IMG/VR virus record: IMGVR_UViG_3300031612_000007
Strand: one strand, 5' to 3'
Length of the DNA: 20,000 bases
Source: an uncultured virus (IMG/VR IMGVR_UViG_3300031612_000007)
Taxonomy: Duplodnaviria; Heunggongvirae; Uroviricota; Caudoviricetes; Schitoviridae
Both the position numbers and the translations under genes were made by a program. The notes under the pieces are model-generated. The model was not told where the DNA came from and ran no database searches. It saw only the letters and a list, made by a program, of their open reading frames with translations. Shown here piece by piece: positions 1 to 8,547 of the stretch (its first letter is position 1; each line of letters starts with the position of its first letter).

Positions 1-1
1 G

Positions 2-1129
2 GATTCACTACGAATAGTTGAAGCTAATGATGCACTTGATAAATCTAAAATAAGTTTAATGAGTAGAACAGACTCTGCTTTCTTTACTAGACTTTGTTTT
101 AGTATGAAGCATACATGGACAGATGACCTTCCTACAGCAGCTTGTGATGGTAAGACAATATTCTGGAATCCAGATTTCTTCTTAGGTCTTGCTAATGCTG
201 AAGAACGTATATTTATAATGCTGCACGAAACTATGCATGCAGCCTACTTACATATGGACCCAGTACGTCTGAATGGTCGTTGCCCAGATCGCTGGAATAT
301 CGCAGCAGATCATGTTATTAATTTACAACTAATTGAGCGTGGCTTCACAATGCCTACTGGTAATAATAAAGGAGTGGCCGACTCAATTTATAAAGATATG
401 TGTACTGAAGATGTATATGCTAAGTTACCTAAAAATCCAGGTAAACCTACTATGGTAGATCTATTGACACCAAGTGGGGATACTGAAGAGCTTAGAAAAT
501 TAGTACAAGACAATTTAATCCAAGCATCAATTCAATCTAGGATATCTCATGATAAGGCAGGAACTATTCCAGGAGAAATACAAATTTTCCTACGGGAATT
601 ACTTACTCCAGAATTACCTTGGACTCGTCTATTGCAAAAGTATTTACAAAACTTTGCTAAGAATGATTATTCATTCAAAAGACCGAATCGAAGATTTTTC
701 CCTAAGTTTTACTTACCAAGTATGCTAAGTGAAAGTCTAATTGATCTGTGTATCGCAGTCGACACCTCTGGGTCAGTATCAGATACAGATTTTCTACGAT
801 TTATCTCTGAAATACATGGAGTATTTAAGATGATGAAACCTAAGAAAATTACCCTAATACAGTTTGATTCAGAAATCAAAGATGTAACCGAAGTGTCCAG
901 TATAAAGGACTTAATGGATGTTAAGTTTGCTGGACGAGGTGGAACAGTAGTAAGTCCTGTACTGAAGTGGGCTAAAGAGAATAAACCCCAGCTATTGTTA
1001 GTTTTCACAGATGGTGAATTCAACTTCCCTAGAACAGAGATAGAACTGAAAAGTAAAGTTATATGGCTCATCCATAATAACAAACAATTTAAAGCACCAA
1101 TAGGAGAAACAATACATTACAGCATTTAA
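2..1129 (+). CDS. Putative metallopeptidase plus vWA domain protein (DUF2201-like, N4 gp25-like); 5' partial
   Basis: HExxH motif (LHETMH), TAACDG and WNIAADHVIN segments, and vWA MIDAS motifs DTSGS, GRGGT and FTDG. The frame is open from position 2, so the true start probably lies upstream of the window. Confidence 0.88.
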   Translation, partial: DSLRIVEANDALDKSKISLMSRTDSAFFTRLCFSMKHTWTDDLPTAACDGKTIFWNPDFFLGLANAEERIFIMLHETMHAAYLHMDPVRLNGRCPDRWNIAADHVINLQLIERGFTMPTGNNKGVADSIYKDMCTEDVYAKLPKNPGKPTMVDLLTPSGDTEELRKLVQDNLIQASIQSRISHDKAGTIPGEIQIFLRELLTPELPWTRLLQKYLQNFAKNDYSFKRPNRRFFPKFYLPSMLSESLIDLCIAVDTSGSVSDTDFLRFISEIHGVFKMMKPKKITLIQFDSEIKDVTEVSSIKDLMDVKFAGRGGTVVSPVLKWAKENKPQLLLVFTDGEFNFPRTEIELKSKVIWLIHNNKQFKAPIGETIHYSI

Positions 1130-1140
1130 TAAGGATAGGA

Positions 1141-1374
1141 ATGATGAAATTTCTTGATTTGAAAAATAAAGCAGATGAGAAAATATGGTTAAAAATAATT
1201 GATGAAGGACATAGTGCAAACTTACATAGGTGCCCATACGATCAAGACTTTGAGGCATCTAAAGCATGCCCAAAGTACGAAAAATATGGAGATACATTAG
1301 AGCGTGAGTGTCAATTCGTTCTTATTACTAATTCTAAATGTTTTTGTGAATTACAACCAAGCACTAAAGGATGA
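1141..1374 (+). CDS. Hypothetical phage protein (Cys-containing)
   Basis: 77-aa ORF with an AGGA SD-like sequence upstream; ATGA overlap with the next gene. Confidence 0.6.
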   Translation: MMKFLDLKNKADEKIWLKIIDEGHSANLHRCPYDQDFEASKACPKYEKYGDTLERECQFVLITNSKCFCELQPSTKG

Positions 1375-1721
1375 CTATGAATATTAAAAAAGACTTTTTA
1401 AATGCAAAGAAGGAATTAAAATCTAATAGGCGGGACCAGAACTATATGACCATAGCATGGGGATATAGTACAGAGCTAATCCTTCCCTATGACGATGCAC
1501 TTAAACTCTTAAGCTGCTTAGAGTATGCAGAAGAGTTCACTGGTGAGTATGGGAACAAGAGAATTACATCTTTAAGCAGCGACGCTATTAAAGTAGCTCG
1601 TTTACCTCGTATAGAATATGAAAATCATAAAATAGCAGCTTTACTTAATGTTAACTACACAGACATACAAGACCATATCAATGACGTAACTCTAGCAGAG
1701 AGTGTGAAATGCAGAACATAA
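1371..1721 (+). CDS. Hypothetical phage protein
   Basis: 116-aa ORF coupled to both neighbours, directly upstream of the helicase. Confidence 0.7.
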   Translation: MTMNIKKDFLNAKKELKSNRRDQNYMTIAWGYSTELILPYDDALKLLSCLEYAEEFTGEYGNKRITSLSSDAIKVARLPRIEYENHKIAALLNVNYTDIQDHINDVTLAESVKCRT

Positions 1722-3025
1722 CTCTAACTACTGACCAAGAAGCCGCACTCTCCGCTATTAATGCATTCTTACTCGACCCTATTGAGACAGTATTCGTATT
1801 ACGAGGATATTCTGGTTGTGGTAAATCTACTTTAGTTCGTGAAGTAGTCAAGGGAATGCCTGCTTTCCTACAATCAAACAAGTTAATCCATCCGGCTCTT
1901 AAAGAATATGAGCTAATGCTCACCGCGACTACAAATAAAGCAGCTGAGAATTTAGCATCTATTACTGGAATGGACGTTAGAACAATTCATGCATTCCTAG
2001 GATTACGTGTACATACTGATTATAGAAATAATACTACCCAGCTAATTCCTGCTACTGGAGAGATATTACATGACTATTTAATATTCATTGATGAGGCTAG
2101 CTATATAGATAGTCAGCTCTTAGAGCTTATTTTTAAGAAACTAAGAGATTGTAAAATCATTTTCGTTGGTGATCCTGCACAGCTAGTACAAGTAAAAGCT
2201 AAGGATGCTCCTGCATTTAAAATTAACTATGCTGGTGCAGCACTAACTCAAGTAGTACGCCAAGCCAAAGATAACCCTATCATTGATTTATCTGTCAAGT
2301 TTCGTAGAACAGTAAACACAGGTGAATTTTTCCAATTTGTTCCTGATGGGGAGTATATTCAACACTTAAGTCGTACAGATTTCATACAAAAAGTTATAAG
2401 CGAAGTTAGTAAACCTGAGTGGGAATATACACATTCAAAGGTACTTACTTGGACCAATAAATGTGCAATTACCTTTAATGACCTTATTCGTGCGAGTACT
2501 AAAGGAAACCACCGTTTTCATCCTGGAGAATATGCCCTCTGTAATTCATATACAGAAACAATTGTAGCAAACAGTACAAATCTATCAGGTACTGGACGGA
2601 GGAGCGTTAAAAAACAAGGTATTAGAGCTGATTCATTAGTACAAATTCTAAAAATTTCTAAGGATCATGACCGGCATGATGTACCGGGCAATATGTTTAC
2701 TCTAAAAGCACATGATGCAGCTGACGCTTTTGCTATATTTATGCCACATAAAAGAGAAGACCGAGCTGCTCGCATTAAATTAGCTAGAGCAGATGGCAGT
2801 AAACAATCTATGGACGTTATAGAAGAAATTGGGAGGCACTGGATAGATTTACGTGCGGCTTATGCACAAACAATCAATAAATCCCAAGGCTCTACTTATG
2901 ATCAAGTATTCATTGATCTTGATGATGTTTCTAAATGTCGTAATCCTAACCAACTAGCTAGGATGTTATATGTTGCAGTATCAAGGGCGAGAACTAGAGT
3001 ATATTTCACTGGAGATTTCAAATGA
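1709..3025 (+). CDS. SF1B RecD/Dda-like DNA helicase (N4 gp37-like)
   Basis: Walker A GYSGCGKS, TATTNKAA, TIH, Walker B IFIDEAS, VGDPAQL, LTQVVRQ, YAQTINKSQGSTY, and LYVAVSRAR. Confidence 0.95.
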   Translation: MQNITLTTDQEAALSAINAFLLDPIETVFVLRGYSGCGKSTLVREVVKGMPAFLQSNKLIHPALKEYELMLTATTNKAAENLASITGMDVRTIHAFLGLRVHTDYRNNTTQLIPATGEILHDYLIFIDEASYIDSQLLELIFKKLRDCKIIFVGDPAQLVQVKAKDAPAFKINYAGAALTQVVRQAKDNPIIDLSVKFRRTVNTGEFFQFVPDGEYIQHLSRTDFIQKVISEVSKPEWEYTHSKVLTWTNKCAITFNDLIRASTKGNHRFHPGEYALCNSYTETIVANSTNLSGTGRRSVKKQGIRADSLVQILKISKDHDRHDVPGNMFTLKAHDAADAFAIFMPHKREDRAARIKLARADGSKQSMDVIEEIGRHWIDLRAAYAQTINKSQGSTYDQVFIDLDDVSKCRNPNQLARMLYVAVSRARTRVYFTGDFK

Positions 3026-3549
3026 GACAACCAAATCCACATGCAAAACAATTAATAAGAAATGATATTTTAAGCCATTTATATGAGGTCCCTTTTGAAA
3101 AAAGTGTAGAAGAATTAAAAGCCCTTATTATACGTAATACCCTTATTGGGCAACATTTACATAAATCTTTTACATATAAAGATTCATTATATTCCTGTGT
3201 TACAGCTCCACCACCTAGAGTAAAGAACCGGCTACTACCAGCAATACGTCCAGATATGGAGATATATTTAGATAATAGGGATGCTTTGATAGAGGAAAAA
3301 AATGCTGTTTCTGGATTCCTTACTCGTATGCTTAATGCAACAGAGACACTAGAAGATTACCTAGCTGTATTACCTGAAACACTGCATGAAAGGTTAGGAA
3401 AGACTATTGAATCTTTATATACATCATGGCCACCATTTAGAGATTCCCCTAAGAGATTCTCAAATGATGAATTAATGCTTTTTAAACAAAATAACCAAAC
3501 ATACAGCGATTTAATGAAGAATCGTATGGTTGTTAATCTAATAATATAG
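3022..3549 (+). CDS. Conserved hypothetical protein (N4 gp38-like by position and size)
   Basis: 175-aa ORF with ATGA overlap on the helicase stop; lies between helicase and polymerase as in N4-like phages. Confidence 0.7.
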   Translation: MRQPNPHAKQLIRNDILSHLYEVPFEKSVEELKALIIRNTLIGQHLHKSFTYKDSLYSCVTAPPPRVKNRLLPAIRPDMEIYLDNRDALIEEKNAVSGFLTRMLNATETLEDYLAVLPETLHERLGKTIESLYTSWPPFRDSPKRFSNDELMLFKQNNQTYSDLMKNRMVVNLII

Positions 3550-3559
3550 GAGGACTTAA

Positions 3560-4012
3560 ATGGGGTACCGATCACAAATAGCTATAGCCGTAGATAAACA
3601 TATCATTACTCAAGACCTTATTCACCCGCTCATTCCCCCAGTACTTCGATTTGAAGAAGAACGTAGGATAACGAACGCAGGTTGTTTTTGGGTTCTTGAG
3701 GATTGGAAATGGTATGACAGTGACTCTGATGTTAGGGACATTTTAAGATTCTTTGACGAGATGGATGATATGCCTAGATTTACATATAAGATAGAGAGAA
3801 CTCATCTTGTCAAACACCATAACGACAAAGGCACGCCTAGTGACTTAGTTGAATATACACAAGCTGCTTATGGAGCGATCCGTATAGGTGAAGATAACGA
3901 CGATAGTGACTACTGGGGCTCCCCAGGAGAGTTTGAGATATATACGGACCGTAGACTTGTTACTCCATATTATTCAAACGACGATAATCCTGATGGCATT
4001 TTATTTGTATAA
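3560..4012 (+). CDS. Hypothetical phage protein
   Basis: AGGAGG SD upstream; MGYRS start and IRIGEDNDD motif resemble a common uncharacterised phage family. Confidence 0.75.
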   Translation: MGYRSQIAIAVDKHIITQDLIHPLIPPVLRFEEERRITNAGCFWVLEDWKWYDSDSDVRDILRFFDEMDDMPRFTYKIERTHLVKHHNDKGTPSDLVEYTQAAYGAIRIGEDNDDSDYWGSPGEFEIYTDRRLVTPYYSNDDNPDGILFV

Positions 4013-4030
4013 AACAAGGTAAAATTTATT

Positions 4031-4528
4031 ATGCACAGTCTTACACAAGAAGAATTAAAAAGAATAATGGAATTTGACCATGTTACTGGTATTTTCACTT
4101 GGTCAGGTGCTGCTAAAAATAAAATGCGAGCTGGAAGTAGAGCTGGGACTAGTAATACTACTGGCTATATTTGTATTATGATATATGGCAAGCACTATCG
4201 AGCACACCGATTAGCCTGGTTATGGGAATACGGAGAGTTTCCCGCAAAGGAAACAGACCATATAAACGGAATCCGTAATGATAACCGTATAGCTAACCTT
4301 AGACAGGCAACTCACCATGAGAATATGCAGAATCAACGAAAGATGCATAAGAATAACTGCTCAGGGTATCTCGGAGTTTATCCTTCAGGCTATATGAAGA
4401 AACCTTGGAGAGTTACCATAAGTGTAGACAATAAAACAAAACATGTAGGGCATTTTGTAGGTAAAGAGGAAGCACGCGATGCTTATATCGAGGCTAAAAG
4501 GATGTATCATAAATTCTGCACCATATAG
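4031..4528 (+). CDS. HNH homing endonuclease with C-terminal AP2-like DNA-binding domain
   Basis: YRAHRLAWL, DHINGIRNDNRIANLR and N-x-x-N HNH core, followed by an SGYLGV...W...I...KHVGHF...EA..AY AP2-like tail. Confidence 0.92.
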   Translation: MHSLTQEELKRIMEFDHVTGIFTWSGAAKNKMRAGSRAGTSNTTGYICIMIYGKHYRAHRLAWLWEYGEFPAKETDHINGIRNDNRIANLRQATHHENMQNQRKMHKNNCSGYLGVYPSGYMKKPWRVTISVDNKTKHVGHFVGKEEARDAYIEAKRMYHKFCTI

Positions 4529-4552
4529 CCACCCATATAAGGAGCTATCACT

Positions 4553-7177
4553 TTGAAACACCATATATTTAAAAAGTCAACCAATAACAATTACCCAATT
4601 GCAGTATTAATAAAAAATACTTCATTCAATAAGAAAGAATTACAAGATAACTACATCACAGCATTAAACCAACAGAACATACCTAGTGATACCATCATTG
4701 CATTTACACTTGATTACAATGATACGAATAAAGCACCTGTTAAGTTTATCAAGAATTACTTGGCTAAACTACTACCGGCCCTTGATTCTCTAGGTACTAA
4801 GACTTTATATGTAGCTGACTCAGCTTACTTTAAGGTCTTAGTTGGAAAGTCAAAGGCTGAAACTAGTTTTGGTTATGTACTCCGATGCAATATTAAAAAC
4901 TTTGAACATATAAGTGTAGTGCTAGGTTTGAATCATCAGGCATTAATTTATAATCCTCAATTAAATTCAAAACTATCCCTAAGTTTAAAAACCCTAGTTG
5001 ATCATGTAACTGGGTTCTATAATCCTCCAGGATTAGACATTATTCACTCGGCTTCATACCCAAGGGACCCTGAGGCGATCTCTGCTGCGCTTGCAGCGCT
5101 GCATCGTCACCCAAGTCTTACTTGTGACATTGAAGGCTTCTCACTGCGTTTTAACGAGGCTGGTGTAGGTACCATTGCTTTTGCTTGGAATGAGCACAAC
5201 GGGATTGCATTCTGTTGTGATTATCAGGATGGCTCCTTTCAACCGAATGAAGCGATAAGAAAATTACTACTAGAATTCTTTGTTACCTATAAAGGTGAGC
5301 TAACTTTTCATCATGCTCCTTATGATGTGAAAGTATTAATCTATACCTTATGGATGCAAGACTTACTAGATACCCGTGGCTTACTAGCCGGGTTAGATGT
5401 AATGACCAAGCGTATGCATGATACTAGAATTATTACTTACCTAGCTATTAACTCCACAGCGGGGAACACTTTAGGATTAAAGTACCTGGCTCATGAGTTT
5501 GCAGGTAACTGGGCTGTAGAGGATATAAAAGATATCCGCCTTATCCCTGAAGATATACTACTTAAATACAATTTAATAGATGCCTTATCCACACATTATG
5601 TTCGTAATAAGTATGAACCAATAATGGAGAAGGATAACCAAGGGGATCTATATCGAGGACTAATGTTAGATAGTCTAAAACTGATTATTCAGTTAGAACT
5701 AACAGGCATGCCAATGTCCCGAAGTAAGATACAAAGAGTTAAAGCTAAGCTTGAAAAGATCCAGAAAGTTCAGCTAGATATCATTCAGAAAAACATTGTT
5801 GTCCACGAAGTGAATCATATTATACGTGACAGAGCAATGGTATCTGCCAATATGAAGCTTAAAGTTAAGCAGCACCCAATAGAAAAATTTGCAGACCTAA
5901 GCTTCAACCCTAACTCTAGTTCTCAATTGCAGATTCTTCTATATGATCAAATGTGGTTGCCAATAATAGACACAACAGAAAGTGGAGCGCCTGCTACCGG
6001 TGCTGAAACAATAGAGAAACTAATCAACCATACAGATGTCTCTGAATATAAAGAATTGCTTACTGCAATAATTGCCTATGGTGGAGTAGGTACAATGTTA
6101 TCTACATTTATTCCAGCATTTGAGAAAGCAATTTCTAAGGATGAGAGCGACACAGTATGGTTACATGGCTCACTTAATCTTGGTGGAACTGTATCTGGAA
6201 GATTATCTTCTAGTAATCCAAACTTAACCAATCTACCTTCTGGTTCAACATATGGTAAATTAGTTAAGAGCTGTTTTAAAACGCCCACTGGCATAATAAT
6301 GGTCGGTGCTGATTTTAATAGCCTAGAAATGATGATAGATGCACTTACTACTCAGGACCCAAATAAACTCCGTGTATACGAAAGTGGTATGGACTCTCAT
6401 GCATTTAATGCTTCAGTTTACTGGCCTGAGAAAATGCCTGTAATCGTTAAAGCTATGCAAGCTGCAACTACACCTACAGAATATGCTAAAGCAGTTAATC
6501 GTGTAAAGAAGGAATTCCCTGAATTACGCCAACGATCAAAGACTGTATCTTTTGCTCTCCAGTATGCAGGCACAGCTCACACCTTAGTCAAGAACTCCGG
6601 TTTCTCTAGGGAAGAGGCAAACAAAATCTACAATAACTATCACGAAACTTACTCAACTTCTAGAGAGTATTCCAAAGTTAAAGTTAAGCAGGCATCTAAA
6701 GATGGTTATGTCACCGTAGCTTTTGGATTACGTGTTCGTACTCCTCTACTTGCACAAGTTGTCTACGGTGCTCCTAAAGTACCCTATAAAGCAGCAGCTG
6801 AAGCTAGGACTACAGGTAATTCATTATCTCAGTCCTACGGCTTACTCAATAATAGAGCTGCAGTTGCTTTCATGAAGAAAGTATGGAAATCTAAGTATCG
6901 CTATAACATATTACCAATTAGCTTAATACATGATGCATGCTACTTCTTGATTAAAGATGATGTTGAAGTACTTGAGTGGGTAAACCAAGAGTTAATAACA
7001 GCTATGCAATGGCAAGACTTACCTGAGCTAAAGCATGATGAAGTAAAGCTAGGCGCAAACCTTGATGTTTTCTATAAAGGGTGGCACCAGCCAATTACGT
7101 TACCTAATGTATCCACTGCACAGGAAATACAGAAGCTAGCCAGGGAAACCCAGAAAATCTACGATGATAAAACATAA
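4553..7177 (+). CDS. Family A DNA polymerase with 3'-5' exonuclease (N4 gp39-like)
   Basis: Exo I CDIEG, Exo II HHAPYD, Exo III YNLID; TVSGRLSSSNPNL; motif A ADFNSLE; motif B RQRSKTVSFALQY; motif C IHDA. TTG start preceded by AAGGAG. Confidence 0.96.
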   Translation: MKHHIFKKSTNNNYPIAVLIKNTSFNKKELQDNYITALNQQNIPSDTIIAFTLDYNDTNKAPVKFIKNYLAKLLPALDSLGTKTLYVADSAYFKVLVGKSKAETSFGYVLRCNIKNFEHISVVLGLNHQALIYNPQLNSKLSLSLKTLVDHVTGFYNPPGLDIIHSASYPRDPEAISAALAALHRHPSLTCDIEGFSLRFNEAGVGTIAFAWNEHNGIAFCCDYQDGSFQPNEAIRKLLLEFFVTYKGELTFHHAPYDVKVLIYTLWMQDLLDTRGLLAGLDVMTKRMHDTRIITYLAINSTAGNTLGLKYLAHEFAGNWAVEDIKDIRLIPEDILLKYNLIDALSTHYVRNKYEPIMEKDNQGDLYRGLMLDSLKLIIQLELTGMPMSRSKIQRVKAKLEKIQKVQLDIIQKNIVVHEVNHIIRDRAMVSANMKLKVKQHPIEKFADLSFNPNSSSQLQILLYDQMWLPIIDTTESGAPATGAETIEKLINHTDVSEYKELLTAIIAYGGVGTMLSTFIPAFEKAISKDESDTVWLHGSLNLGGTVSGRLSSSNPNLTNLPSGSTYGKLVKSCFKTPTGIIMVGADFNSLEMMIDALTTQDPNKLRVYESGMDSHAFNASVYWPEKMPVIVKAMQAATTPTEYAKAVNRVKKEFPELRQRSKTVSFALQYAGTAHTLVKNSGFSREEANKIYNNYHETYSTSREYSKVKVKQASKDGYVTVAFGLRVRTPLLAQVVYGAPKVPYKAAAEARTTGNSLSQSYGLLNNRAAVAFMKKVWKSKYRYNILPISLIHDACYFLIKDDVEVLEWVNQELITAMQWQDLPELKHDEVKLGANLDVFYKGWHQPITLPNVSTAQEIQKLARETQKIYDDKT

Positions 7178-7187
7178 GGAATTTCAG

Positions 7188-7565
7188 ATGAGTAAAGAAG
7201 CTTGGCAAGAAAGTAGTGATGAAGATGCACATGAATATAACAGACAAGAAGAGTGGATGGAGCAGCGACAAAGGGAGCAAGATGTACAAGAAGATCTAGA
7301 ACTTGGTCTCATGACCAATACCCATGATGACGCTATAAACCACCCAAAGCACTACACAAATTCTAGAGCCAGATGCCCTGATTGCAATGCTACAGTAGAA
7401 TGTATCACAGTAGCTAAGCATATGGGATTCTGTCTAGGTAATGTCCTTAAGTACGTTTGGAGGGCAGGCGAGAAGGGCGATGCCATAGAAGATTTAAAAA
7501 AAGCAGCTTGGTATCTCCAGTGTGAGATTGATAAACGATGCACATCTTATGGGAAACCAAAATGA
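7188..7565 (+). CDS. DUF3310 (SaV-like) domain protein with acidic N-terminal extension
   Basis: DAINHPKHY...ECI...GFCLGNVLKYVWRAGEKG..EDLKKAAWYL signature. Start placed at ATG 7188 after TAAGGA (the track uses 7164). Confidence 0.85.
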   Translation: MSKEAWQESSDEDAHEYNRQEEWMEQRQREQDVQEDLELGLMTNTHDDAINHPKHYTNSRARCPDCNATVECITVAKHMGFCLGNVLKYVWRAGEKGDAIEDLKKAAWYLQCEIDKRCTSYGKPK

Positions 7566-7663
7566 AAATAGTAATAGAGCTTATATTTTTCTTAGGCGTA
7601 GTTTACGCCACATATCTTCTTTTTACCACAGGTACGATTCTAATTACAGGAGGAACAGAGTGA
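7562..7663 (+). CDS. 33-aa single-TM microprotein (MKIVIELIFFLGVVYATYLLFTTGTILITGGTE)
   Basis: Translated by hand; ATGA overlap with the upstream stop and GTGA overlap with the next start; hydrophobic. Confidence 0.6.
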   Translation: MKIVIELIFFLGVVYATYLLFTTGTILITGGTE

Positions 7664-7812
7664 ACAAAATAGTTGAGAGTATTGCGACGGTTTGTGCTGG
7701 AATTGCAGCGGCTGCAGTAATTATCGGTGTATTCATAATACAGTGTGTATTAGCAGTAATACCAGTAGCAATAGGTATCTACGTAATTCTATGGTTTCTA
7801 GGGAAAGCGTAA
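7660..7812 (+). CDS. 50-aa membrane microprotein (1-2 TM)
   Basis: GTG start after GGAGG; C-terminal part of track ORF 7522..7812; about 35 hydrophobic residues. Confidence 0.65.
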   Translation: MNKIVESIATVCAGIAAAAVIIGVFIIQCVLAVIPVAIGIYVILWFLGKA

Positions 7813-7904
7813 TGAAAGATCAAAGAAAGATAAGTGCCATTATAGCTATTGCTTTAGTGGCGGTTTTATCACTTATATCATTACTTTTTTGTTTAACTAC
7901 TTAA
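7812..7904 (+). CDS. 30-aa single-TM microprotein (MKDQRKISAIIAIALVAVLSLISLLFCLTT)
   Basis: TAATG stop/start overlap; basic N-terminus followed by a hydrophobic helix. Confidence 0.6.
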   Translation: MKDQRKISAIIAIALVAVLSLISLLFCLTT

Positions 7905-7921
7905 GAGATTGAGAGGTCAGA

Positions 7922-8218
7922 ATGAAAAAACTTATAACTTTAACAATATTAATTATATTTATGTTTTGTTGGACACAAAGCTATGCAGATAGTAATCCAT
8001 ACAGCGCTGCTAATAACCCTTACAGTGCCCAGAATAATCCATATAGCACTAATAACAACCAGTACAGCTCTGAGAATAATCGCTACAATACAAATAGTAC
8101 CAGAATAATTCGTAATGGCTCCGGTGAAGCTATGGGGTATGCAGTACCTAGATCCGACGGTGGTACTAACTATTATAGTTATGATGGCGGGTACATAGGC
8201 TACCAATCTCCTGAGTAA
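7922..8218 (+). CDS. Secreted/periplasmic protein with NNPYS heptad repeats
   Basis: GAGGT SD; Sec signal peptide ending SYA|D; five 7-aa repeats; short Gly/Tyr beta-rich C-terminus. Confidence 0.8.
   Translation: MKKLITLTILIIFMFCWTQSYADSNPYSAANNPYSAQNNPYSTNNNQYSSENNRYNTNSTRIIRNGSGEAMGYAVPRSDGGTNYYSYDGGYIGYQSPE
7991..8095 (+). repeat. Five degenerate 21-bp coding tandem repeats
   Basis: agtaatccatacagcgctgct / aataacccttacagtgcccag / aataatccatatagcactaat / aacaaccagtacagctctgag / aataatcgctacaatacaaat. Confidence 0.8.
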
Positions 8219-8260
8219 TCTCTTAGTGTGTTAATATTTGCCTAAGACCCATGGAACAAT

Positions 8261-8274
8261 AAAGGAGGTGATCC
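8261..8274 (+). promoter_or_regulatory. Extended Shine-Dalgarno sequence AAAGGAGGTGATCC
   Basis: Exact reverse complement of the conserved 16S rRNA 3' tail GGAUCACCUCCUUU. Confidence 0.75.
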
Positions 8275-8279
8275 TATCT

Positions 8280-8354
8280 ATGCCTTATCTAGAAGCCTTA
8301 AAAAGTTTTTGGTATAAGTTCCTTTCATTGGTAACAAAAGGAGAATCAAAGTGA
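8280..8354 (+). CDS. 24-aa amphipathic peptide (MPYLEALKSFWYKFLSLVTKGESK)
   Basis: Follows the extended SD; its TGA overlaps the GTG of the next gene (GTGA). Confidence 0.5.
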   Translation: MPYLEALKSFWYKFLSLVTKGESK

Positions 8355-8536
8355 AACGAACACCAGTATTCTTAACAGGAATAGCTTTCTTTATTCTATC
8401 TTTTATATGGTTCTCAAGCGCATCCATAGCAGATACACACAAAGTATGCCATGTAGCTTCAGCAGGCTGCAACAAGGTAGAGTGTATTAATAAAGATTGT
8501 AGCTCAAGTTGTAAATCCCATTGCAAACATGAATAA
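8351..8536 (+). CDS. Small secreted cysteine-rich peptide (signal peptide plus 34-aa, 6-Cys mature part)
   Basis: AAGGAG SD and GTG start; signal peptide ending SIA|D; mature DTHKVCHVASAGCNKVECINKDCSSSCKSHCKHE. Confidence 0.75.
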   Translation: MKRTPVFLTGIAFFILSFIWFSSASIADTHKVCHVASAGCNKVECINKDCSSSCKSHCKHE

Positions 8537-8547
8537 AGGAGATTCAC

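Noticed and set aside
4553..7177. Intron or intein in the DNA polymerase
   Set aside because: The ORF is continuous, 874 aa is normal for N4-type polymerases, and no intein motifs are seen.
7991..8095. Possible CRISPR or mini-array (also the 21-bp repeats at 17338-17412)
   Set aside because: The repeats are contiguous, degenerate, in frame and lack spacers; they are coding repeats.
8261..8274. Possible 16S rRNA gene fragment or primer contamination
   Set aside because: The match stops after 14 nt (it continues TATCT, not AGCCGCA) and sits in SD position before ORFs.
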